This document shows, piece after piece, positions 1-12,310 of a stretch of 64,000 nucleotides of DNA; positions within the stretch are counted from its first letter, which is position 1, and every line of letters begins with the position of its first letter. A program made the translations under genes and the position numbers. The notes under the pieces are model-generated. The model ran no database searches, was not told where the DNA came from, and saw nothing but the letters and a program-made list of their open reading frames with translations. The stretch lies in the NCBI GenBank assembly GCA_013265495.1, contig MU058418.1:62001-126000 (forward strand), given 5' to 3'. This stretch comes from Vicugna vicugna. Lineage: Eukaryota.

Positions 1-152
1 TTAACTGTTGCCAAACATAGGTCCCAGGAATTGTGCTTGATCACTTACTCTCACCTTTTTCAGGCTGTCTTGGTTACATACTGTGGAGTAGAAAGAAATA
101 ACCCCTTTTACAGTCTAATAAGAGGCACTTTTATAAAATCAGCTGTAATCTT

Positions 153-273
153 GGGAGGGGATAGCTCAGTGGTAGAGTGTGTGCTTAACACACATGAGGT
201 CCTGGGTTCAATCCCCAGTACCTCCATTTAAAATAAATAAATAAATCCTAAATACCTCCCTGCTGCAAAAAGA
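153..273 (+). mobile_element. tRNA-Ala(AGC)-derived SINE (camelid Vic-1 type)
   Basis: A box TAGCTCAGTGG, B box GGTTCAATCCC, A-rich tail with internal ACCTCCC; TSD aaaatca(g/a)ctgtaat at 135-149 and 274-288. Confidence 0.93.
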
Positions 274-967
274 AAAATCAACTGTAATGGATCTAGTCTG
301 ACTGGGCCATGGGTTGAGCAAGGAAGACCAAGAAGATTCACCTAAAAATGCACTGTCCCCACCCCCATAATTCAAAATAAAGTTAAAATTTAACAATAAA
401 ATAAATGTTGGAGAGTTTTAAATATTCTATTTTTTTCTAAATATTGCAGTCTTAAATATTTTATCCTAAAAGTGTAATAAAAACTATTCTATTTCTTGCG
501 ATGGCGATACCAATTTTTTTTATTTGTACAAATAACATATTCTTTCCAAAACCTCTCCTTCTTGGTCTGTGACGGCTGCTGGTGACCTCAATGTGAGCAG
601 TGTGGCCGACTTGAATGATCCCACAGGAAGGGCTCAGCTACACCCTGGGTTCCACTGGACAACCACCCAAAACCCAGGAATGGGCCAGTCCAGTCCTGAG
701 GTGACCGAAGAGTGCTGAAGAAGAACACTTATTGACAGATGTTATTAATTCTTAGCTATTTTTTATGGGCTGCCCTATCTTTTCTATCACAAACTAGATC
801 AACGTTTTATGGTAACGTGATTTTATATGGTGGTGGCTGAGAAAGGAGGGGTATCTCAGACCCCTGTAGAGTTGCCTTTGCCTGTTACTAGACACTTCTT
901 CCAGGTAGCTGACAAATCTGTAAAAATAAAACATTTATTTCTATGTAGGAGTAATAAATACTATTCT

Positions 968-1072
968 GGGAGAGGGGAGGGTAACAATAGCTCAGTGGTA
1001 GAGTGCATGCTTAGCATGCATGAGGTCCTGGGTTCAATCCCCTGTACTGCTATTAAAAATAAAAATTAAAAA
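968..1072 (+). mobile_element. tRNA-Ala-derived SINE, short-tail form
   Basis: tagctcagtggtagagtgcatgcttagcatgcatgaggtcctgggttcaatcccc followed by A-rich tail; degenerate TSD aataa(a/c)tacta. Confidence 0.92.
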
Positions 1073-1311
1073 AATAATAACTACTACTCAGTTGTACCAT
1101 GTTCTGGCTTCTTTGCCATTTGAACAGAAAAATGTGAAATTTTAAAAAGATCCATTTTTAGACACTTTCAGGATTGGGAAATCCTAATTTTCTACTCAGT
1201 CTTCAAACTGTCATTTCTTTTTTCTGGCAAGATATAACCTTTAAAATGCTTTTCAAATTAATCTGACTTTGTTTTGTTTTGTTGGTTTTTTTCCCCCCTT
1301 CCTTCTCTTAC

Positions 1312-1421
1312 CCTGTTCACAGTTCTTGCAGTGCAGACTGACAATTTCTTATCTTCGGAGCCACAGCCACCCAGCACTCCAGGCCTCTCAGCCACCCAGG
1401 TAGGGAGCCAAGCATGGCTCC
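1312..1421 (-). other. Candidate spliced exon (110 nt), probably non-coding or 5'UTR
   Basis: Minus strand: ttttacgtttcacttctctgcag|G acceptor and CAGG|GTAAGA donor in non-repeat sequence. Confidence 0.35.
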
Positions 1422-2981
1422 CTGCAGAGAAGTGAAACGTAAAATGCACAGGAGTGGGGTTACTCAAGGAGAAGTGGGTGTTCCTTTCCCTGGAGATTCT
1501 TTCAGAAATAATTCTCTAGCCTGACAAACAGGTTGGCTCAAGTATTGCTCTGCCTAAATTCTGAGCAAGACAAGTTCGGAGACTTCTTTCTGCCTGACAG
1601 GTCATTTACCAGCAATTAGGGCCACTTCTGATTAAACTCAGAATGCAAGGTGACTCCCCCATCACAGATGACCAACCCACATCCCTCACCTGGAGGAAAA
1701 ACCCTTCAGCTTGTTCCTCACAAGGTTACAGAATATATTCATGACTACCAATGGCATAGTTGAAGAAGGGATCAATTCTACACAAAACTATAGGGCAAAA
1801 TAATCAGCATAAGATGAAGAACTCATTCTCATTTTTATCAACTTGCTTACTAAAATTCCGATTGCTGTGACAAAGTAATCATGCAGTACAGGAGCTATTT
1901 ATTACAGCTGACATTCAAATAAAGCAGCAGCAGGTGCCAATCCACCAATGTTACTGAGTAAAGAATTGTAAGTGGAAGTAAAATTGAAAATAAATGTCTC
2001 ACTGCTCTTACCTAGTTTGGACACACTAAAATTAATGACTAGGATCTGGTAGTGCAGTTAATGTTGATAAAATGCTCCATGTAGTCCATGGGCTTAACGG
2101 ACAAACCCATAAACAGCATGGGCAGGGGGCTCCGGACTTAGAGCCTGAGCCCCAGACCATAGTACCCAGACTTACCTCTTAGCTAACTTTCCCCAAATCT
2201 GGAACTAACTGAATGATGCCAAAGTGTCCACCACACCAGTGCTCAGAGGATAAAAGGGTTCTTTTTAAAGCTGAGGAATTTAAGGGATTGCTAAACAAAT
2301 GCAAATTCCACCCTAAATACCGGGACCAGCTCATCACCGCAGCAAAGGTGAGAATTTGGGGATCCATTCACAGGAAGGTTTACCATTTCTAGAACAGAGA
2401 TAATGTTTCAGAACAACCACCTATCCCCCAACAACCTCAAAATGTAATTTTGTATAAAATGTAGTTATGTATAAAACGTTAGCTCTTTCCCTAAGTATTT
2501 GTGTTTTCATGAGGATTCAGTATCTGTTCAAATACAGTTCTAAGATTATTTTCAACAGCTTTTTTTTGCTATCCCCTTCTGCTGCATCAAAGCAACTGAA
2601 ACTCTGTATTTAATTTTAAGAAATCATTCTAAAATGTCCAAGTTCTTAAGCCCCAAAGGAGAACAAGACAAAGCTAAGCCCTTCACAAACAGGAACAGAA
2701 ATGATCTCATTAAGCATCACTGTCCAAACACATCTGCTCTTCAAACAGACCAGGTAGTGAAAGATTGAATGGAGGTGCTGATTTCTATTTTATCTCCACC
2801 TAAAGGTTTCTCTCTTAAGCTGAAACTGAAGCTTATGTTCTTCACAGAGTTTGCTCAATTTAGAAGGAAAGAAAAACATTCGAAAGAAATTACCCTAAAA
2901 AAGAAAACTTGGGGTTTAAATAATACTATTGCCGTTGGTCACAGCTGAAATACAAAGTTAGCAATACAAAAAGACTCTTTA

Positions 2982-3098
2982 CTTTTTTGTGGTGGGGAGG
3001 GAGGTTTATTTATTTTTGACAGAGGTACTGGGGATTGAACCCAAGACCTCATGCATGCTAACCATGCACTCTACTGCTGAGCTATACACCCACCCCCC
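2982..3098 (-). mobile_element. tRNA-Ala-derived SINE
   Basis: Reverse complement of the SINE head; TSD aaaagactcttta at 2969-2981 and 3099-3111. Confidence 0.93.
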
Positions 3099-3279
3099 AA
3101 AAGACTCTTTAAATACTCACACTGATTTTCTCCTAATTTTGGCTTCCCTGATGTACCCTCCCCACCCTTCCCCCATCATTTAGGGCAACACAAGCACTCT
3201 CTGTTCACAGCAGTTGTTTCAGGGGAAAACAAACCTCTATGCCACTTAACCCATTAGGAGCTAGTTAGTAATTTGAATG

Positions 3280-3650
3280 ATTCAATTCAACAAATATTTT
3301 TGTGATTCTACTAAGTGCTTGGGATATATCAATGAAATAAATAATCAAAAATATCTCAACCCTAGGGGATCTTACATTCCAGTGGGAGAAGACAAACAAT
3401 AAACATTATAAACAGCAAACTTTTCCATACGCTTGAAGGTATTAAATAGAGTGGACTGGGTAGGCATCATTGAGAAGCTGAGGGAATTCACAGAGTGGAC
3501 ATCGCATTGTAGGGAAGAGCTTTCTAGGCTGAGGGAAGAGCTGGAGCAAAGCCAGAATATCTGAGAAACAGTGAATGTCCAGTTTGGCTGGAGTAGGGTG
3601 AGCAAGGGTGGTGGTAAGAGAATTTCAGAGAAGTGGAGGGGGGTACATCA
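3280..3650 (-). mobile_element. LINE-2 3' fragment
   Basis: attcaacaaatattt terminus plus cttacattccagtgggag and aggctgagggaagagc motifs typical of antisense L2. Confidence 0.65.
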
Positions 3651-3658
3651 GAGAAGGA

Positions 3659-4174
3659 TGGCAGTGCATATTGTGTCATCCCAAAATATGCCTCTTCGCC
3701 ATAAGGATTATTTTGAGGAAGAGCAGACGCTGGAGAAGTTCATAAAATAGAGTAGAAGTTCCCCTTACATAAGGGAAATTTACATTTATAAAGAAAATTT
3801 CCATGTGTAAGTGTGTCTCCCTCTCTGTACCAGGAATAGAAGGTTGACTAAATCACAAGGGACTTGTCAATGGAGAAGGCACCACTTACAACTGCACAAC
3901 AAACCTTACCCTATTTAGCATACTTTCCGTGAGAACTTCTTCATAACTGGCCTCTCTATACCTTTCTTTCATCTTCATCCAAGGATGGTATTTAAGCTGG
4001 AGTTCAAGCCACCTCAGGGAGTTCCTCATTTTTCCCTAGGTGTCTCCCATGTATCCATGGGGCTATATGTGTTAATAAACTTCTGTTTGTTTCTCTCATT
4101 AATCTATCTTTTGTTTATGGGCCTCAGCTGAAAACTAAGAAAGGTACAAGGAAAATTATTTTTCCTCCCTTACA
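3659..4174 (+). mobile_element. ERV1 solo LTR, MER34-like
   Basis: cccaaaatatgcc...ataaggattattttgag head, gttaataaac polyA signal, ttttcctcccttaca end. Confidence 0.8.
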
Positions 4175-4849
4175 CAAAGACCTCAATTTCTCCTTCACAA
4201 AGACTTTTTGCCAAGACAGTCTTGGAAAGGTGACACATCTCATGGCAGATTCCCAGAGTGCTTGTCCCATGTCTTGGACCATCAGAAGAAGAGGCATGGT
4301 TTAATTTTTCTAACATGCGTAAGTCACCCTGCAAATCTCCGTTTATTGGTGTCCTTAGTCCTTAACATTTAACTTGGAAATGCTTTCCAGAGATAGCTCT
4401 TTCTCTTTATTTGCAGAAAAGATCTTCATTTGGGAACTTCTTGCCCTTAGATGAACATAGTAAACTTTACTTTTCTGCTGTTCACAAAATTGTTGGCTCT
4501 TAAAAATGGCATTTGCTTTTAGTTCAGACATAAACTTTCTTCTCCAGGCACATTTGCATCACAATTGTGAACTTTATCAACTAAGACGTTTTATCTCTTT
4601 CCAATTCTCAATCTCCAACCCTCTACCTTTCACTCCCAACTTACTCCTCAAGGTAAGGGTTTTTTCTGTGCCATCCCCAAAGGGCAATTATCTCCCCATT
4701 ATTTGAAGGGGGGGACTACCCGTCTTATGGCTCATTCATAACTTCTCTTCCTGTTTTAGTCATTTCAAAATATCATGACTAGAGAAAAGCTAGAGATAAT
4801 ATATTATAAAACAGATTTACCTACATGTGATAGAGACAATGCCATTATT

Positions 4850-5410
4850 TCATCAAATCTTGTCTTATTTTCCTCTTACTGGGCACTTGAGAAACTACAT
4901 TTTTTAGCTTCCCTTGACATTTTTGGGGGCCATGTGACTCAGTACTGGCCAGTGGGGAAGGGATGGAAGTGACATAAACCCCTCCCAGGTCTCAATATTA
5001 AATATCATGCAGTCCTGCATCCACTGTTTCCTCTCTTCAATAATCTTAGAAGCAGGGGAGGGTTAGCTCAAGTGGTAGAGTGTGGGATTAGCATGCACAA
5101 AGTCCTGAGTTCAATCCCCAGTACATCCTCTAAAAATAAAGAAATAAACCTAATAACCTCCCTCCTGCCCTCCCTAAAAAACCTAAATAAATAAATCACT
5201 CTTCAAAAAATATATATTTAAAAAAAATCACAGAAGCAACATGTTGAGGCTGCATCACAGGATGATAAAAATATGAATCTCAGGGTTTTCAGAAGGAGGA
5301 GAAGCCCCACTGACTCACATCTGAACCTACTTTGGTTGTACTAAACCACTGAAACCATTGAGTTTCAGGGTTTATTTGTTTCTGTAACACAATCTAGAGT
5401 ATTCTATTAC
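4850..5410 (+). mobile_element. Old MaLR LTR (MLT1I/J-like), split by a SINE
   Basis: gaaactacattttttagcttcccttg...ggccatgtgactcagtactggcca and aaaccactga...gggtttatttgtt motifs. Confidence 0.6.
5055..5227 (+). mobile_element. tRNA-Ala-derived SINE
   Basis: ggggagggttagctcaagtggtagag...gttcaatccccagtac, bipartite tail, TSD aatc(tt/ac)agaagca. Confidence 0.9.
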
Positions 5411-5614
5411 CATATTCTATCTTATTTAACCCTTGTTTTACTCTCCCATCTCCCCAAAAAACATTCCACAGATAGGGAAACCAGGACTAAGTTAAGCCCC
5501 GTCATTTAGCTAAGGTAGCTCACCTAGTAAATGAGGCAGCCAGCCTTTGGTCCTCTCTACACCAGAACTACCCTGTTTCTGGGGCTCTCAGTATTCACTT
5601 TCTCTTCTTTGTCA

Positions 5615-6202
5615 TGCTGGGGACAGGAAAAGAAAATGTTTTCCCTCTCCTCTCCTAGGATCTCTGGGTGGTACCCTATAAATTAGACTGACAAAAGATT
5701 AATTAACAAGATGGAGAAAACACAGCCGTTTAGTAACACATGCGTTGTGCTTACTTACTGGATCACTTAGAGATGCGTAACTCAAAGAGGTGGTGAGAAT
5801 TTGGGCTCGTATAACATCTTAGCCAAAGAACAAAAATCATTTTAGAGGTGTGACAAGACAAAGGAAAAAGACTTTGAGTTTCTAGGGCAACAGGTTGTAA
5901 GAAGGCAAATATATGGGGAAATGAATGGAAGATAAGGGCCAGTGAGTCACATTTGTTATGTGGATCTGTCTGGTGTCATCTCTGGGCTAATAAGGGTCTA
6001 GGGCTGTCTCCAGTGATTAGCTTCTGTCCTTCCTGGTAGAGAGGGGAGGAGGGACACATTTACAAATTTTTGTCCTTCTCTTAGGTGAATAGAGGGAGGA
6101 CAGATGGCTTTTCTTATCTGTCTTCTCTTCATTGTCTTTAGCTCAGAATAATCCTTATTCCAAAGTGGTACAGCTTGGGGTGGCACATCCTGCTACCCTT
6201 CA
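5615..6202 (-). mobile_element. ERV1 solo LTR, MER34-like
   Basis: Minus strand begins tgaagggtagcaggatgtgccaccccaag...aaggattattctgagctaaag; TG...CA ends; flanks gtca/gtaa. Confidence 0.82.
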
Positions 6203-6689
6203 GTAACGTGTGCCCCTCGTCCCACATTATCCTACACTTAATCTCTTCAGAACGGCCATTTGTTCCAAACGCCCATGATGCTCTTTGATACACAAGACCA
6301 GAGGGAAGAGACACATTCACTGCAGCTGTGACCTAACGGGGAAGAACGACAGACCCCGTTGATGTGTGGCTTATACAACCAGAACAGCCACAGGTTTCAT
6401 GCTTCTAACCAATAAGGCAAAACAAATAAAAGGCCATGTGTCACAACTGGTACTGCAAGGAAGGACCAAAGCAAAAGTCACCAGGTGCTATAAAAAGGGG
6501 CTGAAGCAGATCATCATTATCCAGGCTTCTCCTGTGCCATGTTGTATGGAACCATCTCCTCATTTTACAGCCACAGTGCCCTTTATAAATCCCGACACCT
6601 CCCAAAAGACAGGGCAAACATAATTCTACACGTATGGGTATGTGTGGATATGCCCAGACTTTAGAGATAACTCTGCAAACGTCCCTGTA

Positions 6690-7260
6690 TCTAGCCTCCC
6701 CTCTCCATATCAGTATTACCAGCGACCCAGTTATCAGAGCCAGGAATCTGAGTGGCATCCCTGAGTCATCTGTTTCCTTCACCCAACATTTCTCAGCAAA
6801 AGTGATCTAAAAACATAAACCAGATCATTTCATCCTTCCACCTAAATTTTAAAAATAGTTTTCTTATTGCACTTAGAGTAGAATCCAGACTGTGCTCTAT
6901 GGCCTCCAAGATTCTGCATGACGTGGGCCCTGCCTATTTTTCTCTGGCCTCATCTCACAGAGTTCTCCTTCTCCCCACTCTCCAGTCACTGTCCTTCCAA
7001 CAGCTCTGTCTCCCCTTTGCTTTGGGATTTGCTCTTGCCTCTGCCTCACATTCTTTGACCTGGCTTCCCTTCAAGGCTGTCTTCTTCTTATCCCTCAGCT
7101 TGATTTTTAGACATAACCTCCCCAGGGAGGCCACCCTGACCACCTACATGGAGGTACTCACCTCCATTATTTTCTATTATGGCATTCAGTCATTTCAGAA
7201 AACTCATCACAGTCTGCAGTGATCTTATCCATCTTCTGTTTACATCTTCCTATACCTATA
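6690..7260 (+). mobile_element. LINE-2 fragment
   Basis: agtgatctaaaaacataaaccagatcat, ggcctccaagattctgcatga and cccagggaggccaccctgaccacc L2 motifs. Confidence 0.7.
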
Positions 7261-7934
7261 AAGTTGTACCTATAAAGGTAAAATAATAGCTCATATTTTT
7301 CTTTATGCCAAGCACTGTCTTAAGTGCTTTATATATGCAAGTGTAGCCTGCCAGGTATCTCCCAGAAACAATACCTTTTGTTTTTTAATACCCAAACTTC
7401 ATAGAATATATGTATCTCTCAATTACAGAGTTTGTTTGTTTTAAGCTGGTATAAAATTTTATATTTATGTCTGCAAAAATTGAATATATTTTAGCCAAAC
7501 AATGTGGAGGCAAGCTTTCCAGATACCATCCAAATTCAAGTGGTAGAACAGCAGCAATTGTAGACACTTTGAAAAGCACAGCAAGTATCCACAGAGAGGA
7601 TGTAGTCTTTGGATGTTGCTGATGCTTACAGTGACCTCAGAGCATCGTGCTCAGAGTGAGTCATGCTCTGTCACTGGCACTTGTCCAGAATGCATTTACC
7701 AGTGCTTTCTATATTGAGCCACTGTTGTTTTTTTTAACCCAGAGCTGTACAATGAGTACCAGAAAAGCTGAGAAAGTTTGAAGAGAATGGTGGATGAAGA
7801 ATTAAAGGAATAAAAATACTGCTTACAATGGAAGAGATGTTACTGTACAGAAAGCAACTGTTTTAATTTTCCTAGTGATCAGTATTTTAAACATTTTGCA
7901 CCCTAATGTGCCCATTGTTACTAATACCTTGGTA

Positions 7935-8454
7935 TGTAAAGGAGGAAAAACTTTTTCTCTACCCTCTTAGGCTTTCTCTTGGGGACGTGCAAATTAAATT
8001 GACAAAAGACAGATTTTTATTCATGCGCATATGTGGGAGTTCACAGAAAACTATCACTCAAGGAGGTGGTTAAAATAGTTTATATACCCCCTTAACAGGA
8101 GATGGGAAGACCAGAGCGGCACTCCTGGGAGAACAAACAACTTCTTAGCAGGAGGGAAGAAAGCGCACTTACACAACGCCATTTAGAAAAAAATAAATGT
8201 GCCCTCGGGAGAATGGAGGGAAGGCATGAGATTTTTGTGACAATGTTTGTCTGCAGGTGGTGCAACTTCTGACGTCTCATTGGCAAGACGAGAAAATTAG
8301 GGTCACTCTAGGGAGGGAATTTATGACAATTGAACTCTTTTGTGAGGCTCTGCTTTTAGTCAGGTAAGAGAATTCAGGAACTCTGATGCCTTTGCTCAAA
8401 GTAATTCTTATGCCAAAGTGGCACATTTAGGGGTGACCTATCCTGATGCCTTCA
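7935..8454 (-). mobile_element. ERV1 solo LTR, MER34-like
   Basis: Same termini as the 5615 and 13703 copies (tgtaaaggaggaaaaa...cttatgccaaagtggcacat...ccttca on + strand). Confidence 0.8.
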
Positions 8455-8931
8455 GATGCTTCAGTGTACTGTGGTTATCCTTTAGGAAACTGGTTGGGGA
8501 TTTGGGGTCGATGTATAATTAATTATACCTTTTCCCTTTTAAAATAACGTAAATTGGAGCCCAGTTAGCACCTTCACACAAAAAATCTAATTTTCAGATG
8601 TGAATTACTGATATTTATTGAGATGTTGGTATGAACTCATTTCAAGCAAATGTCTGTCTTCTCTGGTAGGCATTTTTATTCATCTTCCTTCCTTCTGTGA
8701 GGCTTGTAAAGGGTAAGTAACATGCACAAGATTCTAATGGGAGTAAGTATATCTGGGGCCTGAACCCAGCTATACTGAATCCAAATTCTGGTTTCTGACC
8801 CCTTACAGAGGCTGTAGGTGCCTCTCCCAAGGGAAGGTACACATCCATCTCGTGCACCTTATATCCCGATGTCTGACAGGGCTTGGTCCATGGTAGACAA
8901 TCACTTGTCCCAAATGAATGAATTTACTGAT

Positions 8932-9421
8932 TGAAGGAAACCAAAATGTGTCACCCCAAAATATGCCTTTTCGACATAAAAATTATCTTGAGCTGAAAGG
9001 CATTTAAGCAGCAACAAATTCAGGAAAAGGTCTCTCTACCCTCCCCCTGTTTTGGGTGAAGGCAGGATATACATTCTCCTCTGAAGGCAGATCCTTATCA
9101 GATGGCACCAGAGGAATCTGCAAACAGACTCACTCCATCAGTTTTCTCCCATGTATTTACCTTCCCACAGTTCGCCACCCTTGGAAGCCTAAAACCACTT
9201 TCTTTTGTCCCAACATTTCTCCTCACACATATTGTTCTTTGCTGAAGATGCAAAGGAACCAGGGCTGTAAGCCACCTCTCTGAGCTACTCTTTCCCTTAG
9301 TTTCTCCCAAATACATGTTAATAAACTTTTGATTTTCTCTTCCTAGCCTGCCTTTGTTACAAGGGCCCCAGCCAAGAATTTAGAAGAGTAGAGGGACCAG
9401 AATTTTTTTTCTTCCCTTACA
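8932..9421 (+). mobile_element. ERV1 solo LTR, MER34-like
   Basis: tgaaggaaaccaaaatgtgtcaccccaaaatatgcc...ttaataaac...cttcccttaca; interrupts a gaatgaat L2-type end. Confidence 0.82.
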
Positions 9422-9638
9422 GAAGAACGAATGAATAGATGAAAACACATTAATTAAAATTTGTCAAAATGTAATCTTCAAAAATGTTCTGGAGGAACAC
9501 TTTCTGATTGAAGAAAACCGAAGAGAGATGACAACTAAGTGCAATGGGTGATCCTGGATTGAAACCTTTTGCTCTAAAGGATGCTATTAAGTCAACTGTC
9601 AAAATTTGAATGGAGACTATGGATTAGATGGTAATGAG

Positions 9639-10076
9639 TCATGGGACTGATAACCTCCTGAATGATACAAAGATTACTTGAAGGTGGAAACTTCTAAGCT
9701 ACAATCCATGCAGAAAGAACTCTTATCTCAACTTCCCTTATCTGACTGGCTTTATGAGAATCACATAGCCCCTTCAAGGAGATTTCCAATCAGAAATCTG
9801 GTGCCTGACCTCAGGTACCAGGACATTTCAAAAGATTGTGTAAACAAGCCTCATCCCAACCTTCCACCCTTTGAAGCCCTAATCACCACTAGCCCCCTCC
9901 CTCATTAAGCTGACATGTAAACGCCTCCCTCTGGCATTCCAAGCTGCCTCTATCTGAAAGCTCACACATGCATAAACAAACTTACCCTGTCAATCTGTCT
10001 AATATTAGTTAATTCGCAGACAACCCCCCACCACCATTTAAATATAAAATGGTAAAAGAAAATTTTCTTCCCAACA
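9639..10076 (+). mobile_element. ERV1 solo LTR, divergent MER34-related, inserted in an old L1 3'UTR
   Basis: aaagattacttgaagg head, ctgtcaatctgtct, aattttcttcccaaca end; possible TSD tgag/tgat. Confidence 0.6.
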
Positions 10077-10595
10077 TGATCTATCTGTTATGTTCCTGAC
10101 TTTGATGGTTGTAACATGTTTATGGAAGAGATTGTCCTTGCTTGTCAGGAGGAAATTGGCTTCTATGAACAATTTTGCCATGATAGCTACGGTTTGGGGC
10201 CTGCCTTTCTTTCTTTCTTCCTTTCTTCCTTTCTCTTTTTTTACGTTATGAAATGAATTAAGTTTGCACTCCCTTACAAGGGCGAAGGGAAGGTTATTTG
10301 GCAGCAGAAGGATGAGTGATGACGGCCCCATATATCAAGGCTTGAGTCAACACAGGCCAGAGTTGGTGGAGCCCAGGGAACTCCTCCTGGCTCAGAGTCC
10401 CGAAGGCCAGTTGCTTGAGACACTGGGTGGAAAGTGAATCAGGAGAGGTGCAAAGGGAAGACTTGGAGTGATTCTTACTCTTGTGCACATTTGCATGCCC
10501 CCCATCCCACTGCGTGCGATTACCATCACCTGTGCAGCCCCTGGAGGGCCCACCTGGGCTCCCCAGAGAGACACTGAGGGTAACGCAGGCTTGAG

Positions 10596-11122
10596 TGAGC
10601 AAGTTCAGAACACGCTGCCCCAAAGTATGCCAATTTGCCATTTTGATTATTTTGAGCTCAAGGCACTTGAAAAACAACAGGTGTGAGAAAGGCCCTCTGA
10701 CTTGCCCTTTTCTTTCTAAGGACAGGAGACAAAACTCCTACAGGAAACATGCCTGGAGGAAAAGAACATTTTCATCACCAGAGATGGGGACTGGAGGCCA
10801 AGAAGCATGTGTACCAGGAAACTTTGTGAAAATAACTCTTACCTTCCTTTAGTCTCCACATTTATTTTACTTTCTCATAATTACTACCCTTTGCTCCACC
10901 CAGTATATAAACACCTAGGCCTCACTGCTTTTGAGGTTTCCATTTCCCTTTGAAAGCTTATATATATATTATATATATTATATACATAAATATTATATAT
11001 TTTATATATATAAAAATTAAATTTGTATGCTTTTCTCCAGTTAATGTGCCTTATGTCAACTTAATTCCCAGGCCCAGCTGGAGTTACTAAGAAGGTAAAG
11101 GACAAGTTTTGCCTCCTCAATA
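10596..11122 (+). mobile_element. ERV1 solo LTR, MER34-like, with internal (TA)n
   Basis: gttcagaacacgctgccccaaagtatgcc...gattattttgagctcaaggc head; TA microsatellite at about 10958-11010. Confidence 0.8.
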
Positions 11123-11892
11123 AACCCTAATGAAGTCCACAGGGGAGCAGGGGAGGGGACACTCTGAAAATCATGGCCACCAAGATGGAATTTTCCTTTT
11201 CTTTTTCAGAACATTGGCTGCCATACACTTCCCTTGGTTATTCTTGACATCAGCTGACAGAGGACAGAGCAGCATTGACCACATTTATAACATAGTCTGC
11301 TTCCCATAACCAATGAGTTAATTTGAGGAACAGCTTAGATTCTTGGCTCTCTGATCCCCTGCTGACACCAAGATAAATGCTACCAGTCTCAGGGATTTAT
11401 TTTCATTCACTTTTATATATTAATCTAATATAAAGAAATCATTAACCCCTCCACCCTACCTTTGTTCTCCCCCTGCCTCCCTCTGCCCCAGGGTATCTTG
11501 TTGATATCCACAGATGAGTGAGGGGGGCCCTTAGCTTGGATACATTTGAAAGGCCCAGTGGGGCTTCCGGTTTCTCCTAAGCCTCACAGTATCAGCCATC
11601 ACGGCCTCAGTTTATGTTCTATTTGCTGAGTATGGCTCTAGGCTTTATTTTCACTGTGTGGAGGATTTTATTACCCAGAATTGACCCAGTTACTATGCCC
11701 ATTTAATTATATTACCTAACTTTCTTATTTGGAGAAGTCTTTCCAAATCTTAAGAAGGCATTTTTAGAGAGCAATCAGACTGGTTCCCAAGGTTGAATTC
11801 TTCACACTTAAGAATTTTATTTAAAATGAGCATGGTTGTAAAAAACAAGACAAAAAACCACCCCCAAAACATACCTACACATAGAAAAATTA

Positions 11893-12310
11893 CTGGAGAT
11901 TGTCATTCTAAGTGAAGTAAGCCAGAAAGAGAAAGAAAAACACCATATGATATCATTTACATATGGAATCTAAAAAAAAAGACAAACGAACTTATTTACA
12001 AAACAGAAACAGACTCACAGACATAGAAAACAAACTTATGGTTGCGGGTAGCGGGGAGAGGGTGGGAAGGGATAAACTGGGAGTTCAAGATTTGCAGATA
12101 CTAACTACTATACATAAAATAGATAAACAACAGGTTCATACTGTATAGCACAGGGAACTATATTCAATACCTTGAGTAACTTATGGTGAAAAGGAATATG
12201 AAAACAAATATATGTATGTTCATGTATGACTGAAGCATTATGCTGTACACCAGAAATTGACACAACATTGTAAACTGACTATACTTTAATAAAAATATAT
12301 ATATTAAAAA
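11893..12310 (+). mobile_element. 5'-truncated L1 (ORF2 end plus 3'UTR), lineage-specific
   Basis: Closely similar to 57025-57430 (attctaagtgaagtaagccagaaagagaaagaaaaa...gtaaactgactatac). Confidence 0.92.

Noticed and set aside
968..1050. Functional tRNA-Ala(AGC) genes (also at 153, 29106, 62906 and others)
   Set aside because: They have an extended purine-rich 5' end, mismatched acceptor stems, A-rich tails rather than a T terminator, and TSDs, so they are SINE copies
1323..1399. Plus-strand exon (pyrimidine tract-CACAG ... CAG|GTAGGG)
   Set aside because: It overlaps the minus-strand candidate, has a weaker donor, no partner exons and no recognisable peptide; it cannot be excluded but is not supported
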